Below, piece after piece: positions 28,956-39,200 of a stretch of DNA of 64,000 bases (position 1 is its first letter; every line of letters begins with the position of its first letter). The notes beneath the pieces were generated by a model. The model worked only from the letters and a program-made list of their open reading frames with translations. It was not told the origin of the DNA and did no database searches. The translations under genes and the position numbers were made by a program. The DNA is from Salinivirgaceae bacterium. Lineage in GTDB: Bacteria; Bacteroidota; Bacteroidia; Bacteroidales; SZUA-534. The stretch covers positions 15,022 through 79,021 of the forward strand of contig JAKSOL010000009.1 in the NCBI GenBank assembly GCA_024405635.1, in the 5' to 3' direction.

Positions 28956-30098
28956 TTATGGGTTCCACCTCCGAATTTTCAACTTCATTGCATTTGGCAC
29001 AGGTTTTTCCGACACCAAAACCAAATAACCGCCAGCCCCAGCTCCAGGCAATTTATATCCCAAAACCGAATCTTTATATTGGTCAATCACCTCTTGAATA
29101 CGCTCGTAAACCATGTTTGGAAACATTGTAATTTGAACTTTAAACGATTCGGTAACAGCCTTGCCAAACGCAACAATGTCCATATTCATAATCGCATCCC
29201 AGCAATGGTCGGCGGCTGTAGTTAACGCCACAATATTATCGGGTGTTACGTTGGTGTTACAAAGCAAATCGGTGCCAGCAGGACGAGGCCACAGCGTAAC
29301 CATATAAATGTGATTCTCAAGCCACGACAAAATGCGTTCATCGTTTACGCGCTCAATTTTTTCAGGCCAATATTTGCCATTATAATAATGCCGGCACAAA
29401 CCAGGTACACATATTCCTATTGAATCTTGCGCCCCTGAAATAATGTCACGTCCCGGCTCATTTTCGTAACGAAAAAGCATTTCAGCAAGCGTTTCGGGCT
29501 TTTCAAGTGGAAGTTGATAAGGCCACAGTTTACGAGCCGCGTTTCGTGTTGATGTGGACATTCCGCTTCGCTCGTTATACTCCACAATAGGCTCAAGCGA
29601 CATTGTGATAGCCCAACCTGGATGAATTTTTGAAAGAAAAGGTTGATCAATCCACGTTCCAGCCAAATCGAGTCTATAAGGGAGTTGACAAGTAGTGTTT
29701 CCACGCAACGACGTGGTAGAGCGTTGTGGCAACCCAGCATCTGGAATGCGTTTAAGAACAATGTACTCAATGCCAAGTTGCTTGCAAAGTTGCTCTTTTG
29801 CCGGCGAGTGCCCGTCCTCATTAACAACATACCTATCAGGAGCAAGTTGTTTCAATTCGTCAACAAAGTCAAGCATTCCGCTACCACTATTAACCCAAGC
29901 ATCTTTAACATACTTAATCGACTTAACCATATAAAGCCTTTCTTGCTCTGAATTGATAGTTTCGCGACCTTTTAATTCCCTAATTGTTGCATCAGAACCA
30001 ATTCCAACATACAAATCGCCATAGGTAGCAGCCTCCTTAAAAAAAGCCACATGACCACTATGCAACATATCGTAACAACCAGAAACAAATACTTTCAT
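28956..30098 (-). CDS. bifunctional-looking protein: cytidylyl/adenylyltransferase domain (RfaE domain II-like) fused to a GHMP-type sugar kinase-like domain
   Basis: ATG 30098 gives MKVFVSGCYDMLHSGHVAFFKEAATYGDLYVGIGSD, an HxGH nucleotidyltransferase. The C-terminal half has GHMP-like motifs ERSGMSTST and KLPGAGAGGY. The track ORF extends to 30134. Confidence 0.7.
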   Translation of the reverse strand: MKVFVSGCYDMLHSGHVAFFKEAATYGDLYVGIGSDATIRELKGRETINSEQERLYMVKSIKYVKDAWVNSGSGMLDFVDELKQLAPDRYVVNEDGHSPAKEQLCKQLGIEYIVLKRIPDAGLPQRSTTSLRGNTTCQLPYRLDLAGTWIDQPFLSKIHPGWAITMSLEPIVEYNERSGMSTSTRNAARKLWPYQLPLEKPETLAEMLFRYENEPGRDIISGAQDSIGICVPGLCRHYYNGKYWPEKIERVNDERILSWLENHIYMVTLWPRPAGTDLLCNTNVTPDNIVALTTAADHCWDAIMNMDIVAFGKAVTESFKVQITMFPNMVYERIQEVIDQYKDSVLGYKLPGAGAGGYLVLVSEKPVPNAMKLKIRRWNP

Positions 30099-30319
30099 AC
30101 TTATGATTTTGAATTGAACTGCCAAATTTGACAATTTTTCGCAGTAAAGCGTAGCAAACCGAAAAACAAATACACCAAATTGTAAAGATGAACCACATTG
30201 AAAAAAAACGGAACTCTAATCGTATAATGCGGTTGGCTATGTTGATTAATTACTATTTTAGGGCTTTGTTTTGCGGCAAACTCAACAACGGTTTGTCGCC
30301 ACTAAAAATTGATTGACTT

Positions 30320-32611
30320 ATGAGTAATGAACAGAAAAATGGAGTGAAAAAGAACATCACAAACAGTGTTTTCCAATTCTCTGTTATTGGATTCTTTTCA
30401 GGACTAGTAATAACCGTAATTGGCTATGCTATTGCACTTAGCGAAAACGATTTAGTGTTCACATTCCAAAACTTGGCAAAGTTACATAGTACAAACGAGC
30501 ACTTGTTTATTTTAACATTGCTACCATTTTTAATATTGCTAGCAGGTGTTTTTGCAGGTCGCGTTACATACAAAGTTTCAGAAAAGTTTTATGACCTTCA
30601 GCACTTGAAGAATAACAATCTTCACGAATTAGAGAACTTTGCCGAGGAGCTATCGAAAGGCAATTTGGAGATTGAATACACCCCAGAAAAAGGCAATCAG
30701 TTGGGCAATATAATGATAGAGTTGCGCAACAACCTTCAAAAGAACAAAGAAGAAGATGCCCGCCGCAAAAAAGAAGACGAGCAACGCAACTGGACAGCAA
30801 CTGGTCTTGCTCAATTTGGCGAGACATTGCGCAACAACAACTCCGACATGAACCTTTTGGCAAATGAGGTAATAAGTCAACTTTGCGCTTACATCAACGC
30901 AGTGCAAGGCGGTTTGTTCCTTATTGATGACCAAATTGAAAACGATGTTCACTTTGAATTGATGGCGCACTTTGCCTACAACCGTAAAAAATACTGCCAA
31001 CACCGAGTTGGACTTTCAGAAGGTTTGATAGGACGTGCTGCTTACGAAAAAAGTTCAATTTATATTGATGAAGTTCCCGACGATTACATTGAGGTAACCT
31101 CAGGATTGGGTGAAGCAAACCCAAAAGTGCTACTTATTGTTCCTATCAAAACCGAAGATGCAGTACTTGGTGTTCTTGAAATATCATCGTTCACTCCTTT
31201 TGAGCAATACGTTATTGAGTTTGTTGAAAAAGTGGCAGGTAGCATTGCAACCACAATTGCTGCTGTAAAAACAAACTTGAACAACCAAAAGATGCTTGAA
31301 GATTCGAAAATTCAAGAGGAATTAAGAAAACAACAAGAAGAAGAAATGCGTCAAAACATTGAAGAGATGACTGCTACACAAGAAGACTTTAACCAACGTA
31401 GCGCCATTTTTGAAAGTTTTGAAAACGCCATTGACAACTCGTTCTACCGCGCCGAATTTGATTTAAACGGCAACCTTGTTTTGGCAAACAACACATTTAT
31501 ATCGCAACTTGGCTACGCAACAATTGACGATATTAAAGGCCACCACGTATCAATGTTTGTTTCGCCAACCGAACACGAAGATTTTAATCACATTTGGGAC
31601 GAACTAACACACAAAAAGAACTACGAAAAATATTTGCGCTTTGCTACTAAAAGCGGAAAAGACGTATGGATGCTATCTACTTTCAGTGGTCAAAAAAGCA
31701 CATACGGAACTATGCAAAGCGTGCTATTTATTGGTATTGAAAGCACAAAACAAAAAGAAACTGAAATTGCCATTAAAAACCAAATTAGCGCAGTTAACGA
31801 TAGCTGCATTATGTTTGACTACGCTACTAGCGGCAGAATGACCAGTTACAACCAAAAATTTGCTACCACACTTGGCTTTACCGACGACCAACTAAAGGAC
31901 TACAACGTATTCAACTTAATGAGTAGCGTTGACCAAGATAGTTTTGAGGCAACTTGGAACGAAATAATTAACGGTAAACCATACTCATGCGAAGTAAAAG
32001 TTAAAGCAGCCTCAACCGACATCTGGTTGGCTATCAACTTTACTCCTATTCAAAACGACCGCGGAGAGTACACTCAAATTGTTGCTATTGCTAGCGACAT
32101 TACCACTTTAAAATTGGCCGAAGAAACAATTAAGAAACAAGACAATGAGTTAAAAACTCAAGCTGAACAACTTGAAGCCGCAGCAACAAATCTTGAAGAG
32201 GCTGTTGCTAATGCAAAACAAGAAGTTAAAGCTCAGTCGCTTGAAATTGAACGCATCAAAATGCGCAACGAAAAAACACTTGAAGGTTTGCGCGACGCCG
32301 TTGTTACCATATCTCGCGAAGGCAACATTGAGTTCTTTAACCGCGCAGCTGAGTCGCTTTGGGGCTACTCTCGCATGGAAGTGTTGGGACAAAACATTAA
32401 AAAATTGTTCCGCAAATACACCGAAGAAGACAACGAATTTATGGCGAACTTGCTTCACCCCGATAAACGCAAAACAGTGGGAATGCGCGAAAACGTTGAA
32501 ATTTTAGCAAAAGACGGAACCGAAAAACCTGTGGTTATTTTACTATCGGGTGCAAAAGTTCAGAACGAATACACCTACACTGCTTTCATTCAGTTTAACG
32601 AGGCCGAATAA
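30320..32611 (+). CDS. membrane-anchored HAMP-like/GAF/multi-PAS sensor protein without a recognisable output domain
   Basis: Two N-terminal TM helices, a HAMP-like LSKGNLEIEY...LGNIMIELRNNL, a GAF region (VQGGLFLID...LLIVPIKTEDAVLGVLEISSF), about three PAS/PAC blocks and a coiled coil. No HisKA/HATPase, GGDEF or receiver motifs seen. Confidence 0.75.
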   Translation: MSNEQKNGVKKNITNSVFQFSVIGFFSGLVITVIGYAIALSENDLVFTFQNLAKLHSTNEHLFILTLLPFLILLAGVFAGRVTYKVSEKFYDLQHLKNNNLHELENFAEELSKGNLEIEYTPEKGNQLGNIMIELRNNLQKNKEEDARRKKEDEQRNWTATGLAQFGETLRNNNSDMNLLANEVISQLCAYINAVQGGLFLIDDQIENDVHFELMAHFAYNRKKYCQHRVGLSEGLIGRAAYEKSSIYIDEVPDDYIEVTSGLGEANPKVLLIVPIKTEDAVLGVLEISSFTPFEQYVIEFVEKVAGSIATTIAAVKTNLNNQKMLEDSKIQEELRKQQEEEMRQNIEEMTATQEDFNQRSAIFESFENAIDNSFYRAEFDLNGNLVLANNTFISQLGYATIDDIKGHHVSMFVSPTEHEDFNHIWDELTHKKNYEKYLRFATKSGKDVWMLSTFSGQKSTYGTMQSVLFIGIESTKQKETEIAIKNQISAVNDSCIMFDYATSGRMTSYNQKFATTLGFTDDQLKDYNVFNLMSSVDQDSFEATWNEIINGKPYSCEVKVKAASTDIWLAINFTPIQNDRGEYTQIVAIASDITTLKLAEETIKKQDNELKTQAEQLEAAATNLEEAVANAKQEVKAQSLEIERIKMRNEKTLEGLRDAVVTISREGNIEFFNRAAESLWGYSRMEVLGQNIKKLFRKYTEEDNEFMANLLHPDKRKTVGMRENVEILAKDGTEKPVVILLSGAKVQNEYTYTAFIQFNEAE

Positions 32612-32620
32612 TTTGTTTGA

Positions 32621-34093
32621 ATGAGCAAACATATAAGCCGATTGTTCATCATATTGATTGGGTTGTTGCTACTTGCAGCAGCCCAATCGTGTATTGAGGA
32701 GGATGGAAATAAATTCACCAACAATCCCAATGCTTATCTTGCTTTTTCAACCGACACACTAAAATTCGACACTGTTTTTACATCTATCGGCTCTGCCTCA
32801 AAGCAAATTATAGTTTACAACAAAAACAAAAACGCGGTGCGAACCAATGTTTCGGTTCAAAGCAACTTTTACCATATTATTGTTGACGGAACAAAAGGTA
32901 ATTCGCTCAATAACATTGTAATACGAGGTGGTGATAGCATTTATATATTTGTTGATGTTACTATCGACCCACAAAACAGCAACTCTCCCGTTGTTATACT
33001 TGACTCAATAACTTTCGCCACCAATGGCAATTGTCAAAGTGTAAAACTAATGGCGTATGGGCAAGACATTCACATGATTACCGATACCGTTATTAAAACA
33101 CAAACGTGGAAAGCCGACAAACCTTACCTTATTTGCAACTCTTTACTCATTGATTCGCTTGAAACTCTTACCATCGAAGAGGGCACTCACCTTCATTTTC
33201 GACCAAATACGAGCTTACTGGTAAAAGGAACACTAAAGGTTAATGGAACAAATGAAAATCCTGTAGTATTTGAAGGCGACCGCTTGGAAGAATATTACAA
33301 AAACAAGCCAGGACAATGGGGCAAGGTTTCTGAAGTTGAAGGCACCAAGCAGTATTTGGGCAACATTAATTTCTTTACCAGTAGCAGCAACAACGAAATA
33401 AACTACGCTGTAATAAGAAATGGTGTTAAGGGAGTTCAAATTAACAGTAACTCCGACAGTACCACTACTCTAAAAATCGCCAACACCATTATTGAAAACA
33501 TGTCAATAGCTGGAATATACGCGCAATCGACTAACATTTTGGTTTACAACACAATAGTTACAAATTGCGGTTATTACGCCGTTTTTTTAACCATGGGCGG
33601 AAACTACGAATTTTTCCACACCACCATTGCCAATTACACAACTACACGCAACACACCTTCGCTTGTATTCAGCAATTATTCCACGTCAGGTAGCAATACC
33701 AAATTATTCAACTTTAACGCAACATTTGCCAACAGCATCATTTGCGGCTCACGGTCTGCGGAGTTTATTGCCGACATGCAAAGTTCTGATTCTTTGAACT
33801 TTAATTACTCTTTTGAAAATTGCTTGATTAACTTACCCCGAAACACCAACATTTCTGACACAAACACATTCCGCAATGTGATACTTGCAATTGACTCGTT
33901 GCCACGTTTTGTCGATGTTGAGAAACATAATTTCAGGCTCGACACTCTATCGGCAGCCAAAGACAAAGGCAAGTTGCAATATGGCAAACTATTTCCAACC
34001 GATTTTGACGGCAATAGCCGCATCGACGACAAACTGCCCGACCTTGGTGCGTTTGAACGAATTGAAAACCAACCTATTACTAAGAAACCATGA
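32621..34093 (+). CDS. lipoprotein with right-handed parallel beta-helix repeats
   Basis: Lipobox AAAQSCIEE. Repetitive N/G/I-rich turns (IANTIIENMSIAGIYAQSTNILVYNTIVTNCGYYAVF) and a terminal FDGNSR...PDLGAFE motif common in beta-helix proteins. Confidence 0.65.
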   Translation: MSKHISRLFIILIGLLLLAAAQSCIEEDGNKFTNNPNAYLAFSTDTLKFDTVFTSIGSASKQIIVYNKNKNAVRTNVSVQSNFYHIIVDGTKGNSLNNIVIRGGDSIYIFVDVTIDPQNSNSPVVILDSITFATNGNCQSVKLMAYGQDIHMITDTVIKTQTWKADKPYLICNSLLIDSLETLTIEEGTHLHFRPNTSLLVKGTLKVNGTNENPVVFEGDRLEEYYKNKPGQWGKVSEVEGTKQYLGNINFFTSSSNNEINYAVIRNGVKGVQINSNSDSTTTLKIANTIIENMSIAGIYAQSTNILVYNTIVTNCGYYAVFLTMGGNYEFFHTTIANYTTTRNTPSLVFSNYSTSGSNTKLFNFNATFANSIICGSRSAEFIADMQSSDSLNFNYSFENCLINLPRNTNISDTNTFRNVILAIDSLPRFVDVEKHNFRLDTLSAAKDKGKLQYGKLFPTDFDGNSRIDDKLPDLGAFERIENQPITKKP

Positions 34094-35151
34094 ATCGCAT
34101 ATACGCAACAATTATTGGACTTATTGTAGCAGTTTCATCTTGGGCGCAAAGTTCAGGATTAACTCCCGAACTTGAAAAAGCGGTAGAGCAACAGCGTTAC
34201 TTACGGTTAATGTTCTACAATTGCGAAAACTTTTTCGACACCGACGATGACCCTTTGACTCGCGACGAAGAATTTACTCCTGAAGGCGAACGCCATTGGA
34301 ACAAAAAACGTTACAACGAAAAGCAAGACCATGTTAGCCAAGTAGTTGCAGCCATTGGCGGTTGGCAAGCGCCTGACATTATAGGATTGTGCGAAATTGA
34401 GTCGCGAAAGGTGATACTCGATTTAACTTTAGACTCTAAACTATATGTTTTTGAGTACAAATTTCTTCACAAAGAATCGCCCGACTCTCGCGGCATTGAC
34501 GTGGCTCTACTCTACCAACCCAAAAGCTACACGCCAATAAAAACCGAATTCATACCAGTTCACTATCCAAATAGTAGCCGTTCAACTCGCGACATTTTGT
34601 TTAGTACAGGAACAACACGCAACGGCGACACATTGCACATTTTTGTAAACCACTGGCCATCGCGATGGGGCGGACAATCCGAAACCGACGAATTGCGCTG
34701 CTACGTCGCCTCAATAGTTCGGCATAAAGTTGATTCTCTTGTAACCGCAAACTCGCGCTCAAACATCATTATTATGGGCGACTTAAACGATTATCCTAAC
34801 AACAACAGCGTTTGCAGCGTACTTAAAGCAAAAACCGAGTTTAGCAATTTTGAGCAAACCGAATTGTACAACTTAGCTTATTATCAGCAATTTGTAAAAA
34901 TGCAAGGCACGCACAAATACGACGGAATGTGGGGAGTGCTTGACCAAATGATTATATCGGGCTCTCTGCTCGATGGCAATGGTCCACTTTATACATCGAA
35001 AGACGATGCACACATTTTTAATGCCCCTTTTCTTCTCGAAAACGATGACACTCACATTGGTTACAAGCCTTTTAGAACCTATAATGGATACCAATATAAT
35101 GGAGGCTTTAGCGATCATTTACCTGTTTTTATCAATATTTACAGAAAATAA
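34090..35151 (+). CDS. exported endonuclease/exonuclease/phosphatase (EEP) family protein
   Basis: Signal peptide. EEP motifs YNCENFFD, GLCEIES, VNHWPSRWGG, MGDLND and SDHLPV. ATGA overlap with the upstream gene. Confidence 0.85.
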   Translation: MNRIYATIIGLIVAVSSWAQSSGLTPELEKAVEQQRYLRLMFYNCENFFDTDDDPLTRDEEFTPEGERHWNKKRYNEKQDHVSQVVAAIGGWQAPDIIGLCEIESRKVILDLTLDSKLYVFEYKFLHKESPDSRGIDVALLYQPKSYTPIKTEFIPVHYPNSSRSTRDILFSTGTTRNGDTLHIFVNHWPSRWGGQSETDELRCYVASIVRHKVDSLVTANSRSNIIIMGDLNDYPNNNSVCSVLKAKTEFSNFEQTELYNLAYYQQFVKMQGTHKYDGMWGVLDQMIISGSLLDGNGPLYTSKDDAHIFNAPFLLENDDTHIGYKPFRTYNGYQYNGGFSDHLPVFINIYRK

Positions 35152-35157
35152 CCTACA

Positions 35158-36228
35158 ATGAAACTATTCAACACAATCATAGCCACATTGTTGACTATCA
35201 GCACAATGGCGCAAACCGAAGAAATAAACCTTCTGTTTGCTGGCGACATAATGGGACACGACTCACAAATTGCTGCAGCTTATATCGACAGCACCAAAAC
35301 TTATAGCTATGCCGAATGTTTTGAGCATGTGAAACCTTTTGTTGAGCATGCCGATTTGGCAATTGCCAATCTTGAAGTAACCTTGGCAGGCGAACCTTTC
35401 AAAGGTTATCCACAATTTTCGTCGCCCGACCAGCTTGCCATTGACGTGCAAAATTGCGGATTTGATGTGCTGGTTACTGCCAACAATCACTCGTGCGACC
35501 GCGGCAGCAAAGGAATTGCTCGCACTGTGAAAATTCTCGATTCGCTTAACATTGCCCACACTGGCACTTTTTGCGATTCGGCTGAATACAAAAGCAACTA
35601 CCCTCTTGTGGTTGAAGTAAAAGGCATGCGCTTTGCTATTTTAAACTACACCTACGGAACAAATGGCATTACTGTGTCGAATGGCCGCATTGTAAATATG
35701 ATTGACACAAAACAAATTACTGCCGATGTTGCTGCGGCTCGTTCAAAAAGCGATATGATTATTGCCTGCATGCACTGGGGAGACGAATATGTTACAACGC
35801 CCACAAATAGCGAAATTCAACTTGCTTCGATGCTGAAAAAGTTAGGTGTAGAACTGATTATTGGGTCGCACCCACACGTTCTGCAACCAATTGAATTAGA
35901 CACTGTTAGCAATCAACTTACCGTTTATTCGTTAGGCAATTTTGTAAGCGGACAACGCACTGCTCCTCGCGATGGCGCCATGATGGTTAATGTAAAACTA
36001 ACTCCACAACCAAATGGAAAACCTCGAATCAGCGCTAGCTACCGCCTTACTTATGTTCACTACCCAATGGTAAATGGTAAACGCCACTTTATTGTGGTTC
36101 CTGTTGCTGCAGCCGAATCGGGATTGCTACAACCTATTAACTCAACTGATTGGGGACGACTAAACAAATTTGCTACCGAAGCTCGCTCAATAATGAGCAA
36201 CAATGTGTGCGTTGACGAAGTAAAGTAA
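35158..36228 (+). CDS. exported CapA family metallophosphoesterase-like protein
   Basis: Signal peptide, with GDIMGHD, ANLEV, ANNHSCDRG, MHWGDEY and GSHPHVLQP. Confidence 0.85.
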   Translation: MKLFNTIIATLLTISTMAQTEEINLLFAGDIMGHDSQIAAAYIDSTKTYSYAECFEHVKPFVEHADLAIANLEVTLAGEPFKGYPQFSSPDQLAIDVQNCGFDVLVTANNHSCDRGSKGIARTVKILDSLNIAHTGTFCDSAEYKSNYPLVVEVKGMRFAILNYTYGTNGITVSNGRIVNMIDTKQITADVAAARSKSDMIIACMHWGDEYVTTPTNSEIQLASMLKKLGVELIIGSHPHVLQPIELDTVSNQLTVYSLGNFVSGQRTAPRDGAMMVNVKLTPQPNGKPRISASYRLTYVHYPMVNGKRHFIVVPVAAAESGLLQPINSTDWGRLNKFATEARSIMSNNVCVDEVK

Positions 36229-36251
36229 CTCCCTGCGTTTCAGCAAGTAAC

Positions 36252-39200
36252 TTAATCCATTCGTGCCGAAACCACACATGGTTTCTTTATTTGTTTGCTT
36301 TCGCCATCGGTGCTAAACAATTCGCAATAAACAACATACACGCCAATTGGCACCCTATTGCCATTGTCGTCAAGTCCATCCCAACTCCAAAAGCCCGAAG
36401 TGCCTAGTTGCTCGTTGCTCACTAACTTGCGCACACGAACTCCTTTTGCATTAAAAATGCTAACAGAAGCAACATTGCCCGGATTTTCAAACTGATAACA
36501 AATATTCAGTTGGTCGTCAAAGCCATCGTTATCGGGCGAAAATGCCTCATTTTCAATGCTTAACGTAGAATTACCGCTAACAATTGGCGCAAAACACGAA
36601 TTTTGATAACCCGGAGTTGCTCCACCTGTGTATTCTGCAGCCGAGTGCCAGTTGGCAGCATTATCTGTCGGTTTATTTGGATCGATGCGCTCAAGGCTAA
36701 CTCCTTCAACACTGCTCAACAACGCAAAGTGCATCTTTTTATCGTATTCAAATTCGTCGTAAACTACCCCAGCCGTATCAGCTAATACAACTACACCATG
36801 ATCGTTGGCATAAGTTGGCAATGCTGCAAGGTTGAAAAATGCAAGCGAATCGGTTGTAGCATATTGGCTCATAACCAATTGCGAGTTGGTTGAAAGTACA
36901 ACATAACCTCCTGCGGGCAAAACATAACCGGGTTGTTCAATATGCTTTGGTGTTTTTATTGCTCCTGCCGAACGCGTTGCTAGACAGAAAGTTGCAATAT
37001 TCACTGCATGATCAGAGCGATTGTATAATTCAACAAAATCGCAACCTCCAGCTTTTGTATTAAACAGAACTTCGTTTATCACCACATCTCCCACCTCGGC
37101 TACCATCGGCATAAATAGGGACAGGGTGTCGGTTGCAATGGTATTTCCGAAAACATCGGTAATCTGTTTGCTGAAAATTATTGAATAATCGGTGTTTGGA
37201 TTTATAGCCACAGGCAAGGTTGCATCAATTGCATAATAATTATCGGGAGCCATAACCACTGACAACATATTTCCAATAGTTGGTTGTATTTCAATTAGCG
37301 ACGCATCGTTAGCTATTACCATTTTATTGAACACAATTCGGACTTTTCGCTCCGACAAAGGCACAGCGTACAATGCAATTGGAGCAATGGTATCGGCTAC
37401 ATCAATAGCAACTGAATTAGGGTGGCATGGTGTTCCGCCTTTAACATCAATTGTTTCGGCCCAATTGTTTCCTGTTTCGTCGGCCGAAAGCAAACTAATT
37501 CGTTCAAGACTAAATCCGCCTTCTTTCTTCAACTCATCGGCATACCATGAACTTGAGTAATTAGTATAGCAAACCAAATTGCCTTGACAAAGCACAGAAA
37601 TGGAACCAGTAGCTGGCAATGCTGGCATTTTTTGCGAACCTATTACGTTGCCAAATTGAGCCAAGCTATCAACTGCCGACAATTTTGCAACCAACGCATA
37701 TTGATGAGCGCCAATAACTCCATGCTCAAGTTTTGCCTCAGTTTTTCCAACTTTAATAGAAAGGCTATCGGTTTCAATATCAAAGTTGCTGCGGTTGTAT
37801 AGCTCAACATACTCGCAGGCTGGCAAACCCGCCGTTGGTTCGGGGGTTGCCATTATTTCGGTTATCACCAAATCGTACAGCGCAACTTTATGATATACAA
37901 GCGTTAACGTTGTGTCGTCAATTACATTACCGCATTGGTCCGAAATGTCTTTAACTGAAAGATGCAACTGTGTATCAACTGCAAAAGATTGAGCAAACGT
38001 TAAAGTCAACTGCAATCCGTTGAGCGAAACGCTTGTTGGACTTTTACCGTCTAACTGATAGTTTGCAACAAACGTAACTGATTGTTCATCTGGTAGTTCG
38101 CTCAAAAAAAGCACTATTTGTTTGTCGTTTGCAATATGAGTTGACGATATAACAATCTGTTCGTTATCAATATTTTTCGCCTTTACAGAATTTTGTTTTC
38201 CAGGTGTGCCGCCTGCATCAGCAACACTAACTGCCCAATTATTTGCGCCACCGCACAAATTATTTGCATCAATTCGCTCAAGCGACCAACCGCCAGCTTG
38301 CTTTTCGGTATCGGCAATCATGCTTTGCGTGTAACTAACCGAATCGATTACCGCGCCCTTGTCCGACAAAAGTTTAATTGCACGACCTGTGTTGGTAAGC
38401 GATGTTGTACTAATGCCAACAACCGTTGTTCCATATTTTGCAAACTCTTTTGTAGCCGCACTTGATGTTACAATAACATAACCATTTGCATCAATCACAA
38501 CATCGGCCAATTCTTTTTGCGTTCCAGCCACATCAACTTTCCATCCGTTGAGCGAAATGGCATAGTTTCTATTATTATAAATCTCGAAGAAGTCATACTC
38601 GGGAAGAGCAACCACTGGTGTTGGGTCAAAAAATATCTCATTTACAACAACATCGCCAGGTTGCGGTGCAATCCAATACTCAAAATCGAACTGCTCAGCT
38701 GCGGTCATTTCAACTCCATTAACATCGGCCACTCCGCTAACTGTTAGATTATTTGAACCTACTTGCAATTCATCAACAGTCAATACAACTTGCTTGGGTT
38801 GCGAACTATTGTAGCCAACCGAAATAACCTCACCTGCTTGCAACATATAATTATTGGTATTGCAAACTGATGCAGAATCAACTTCGGCCGAAAACGAAAC
38901 AGTAATCTTATCAGTTCCATTAAAACTAAAATCGGCAACTGAAATAGGGTTAGGTTGATAAACAACGCTAATGCTATCGGCCCAAAGTTTTCCAACATTT
39001 CCTTTTATGAATGTAAACAACAGCCCAACGCTATCGGAACTGCTATATGTAACATCGGTAGTTGACGAGGCGAATGTGGTAAGATTATTAAATGAATTAC
39101 CATAACTAATTGACCACAAACCAGTTGCAGCGCGAATAACCTCAACACAAATCAAGGCGTCTTGGGTCCATACATAATCGGTTTTTAGCAAAGTTGATTT

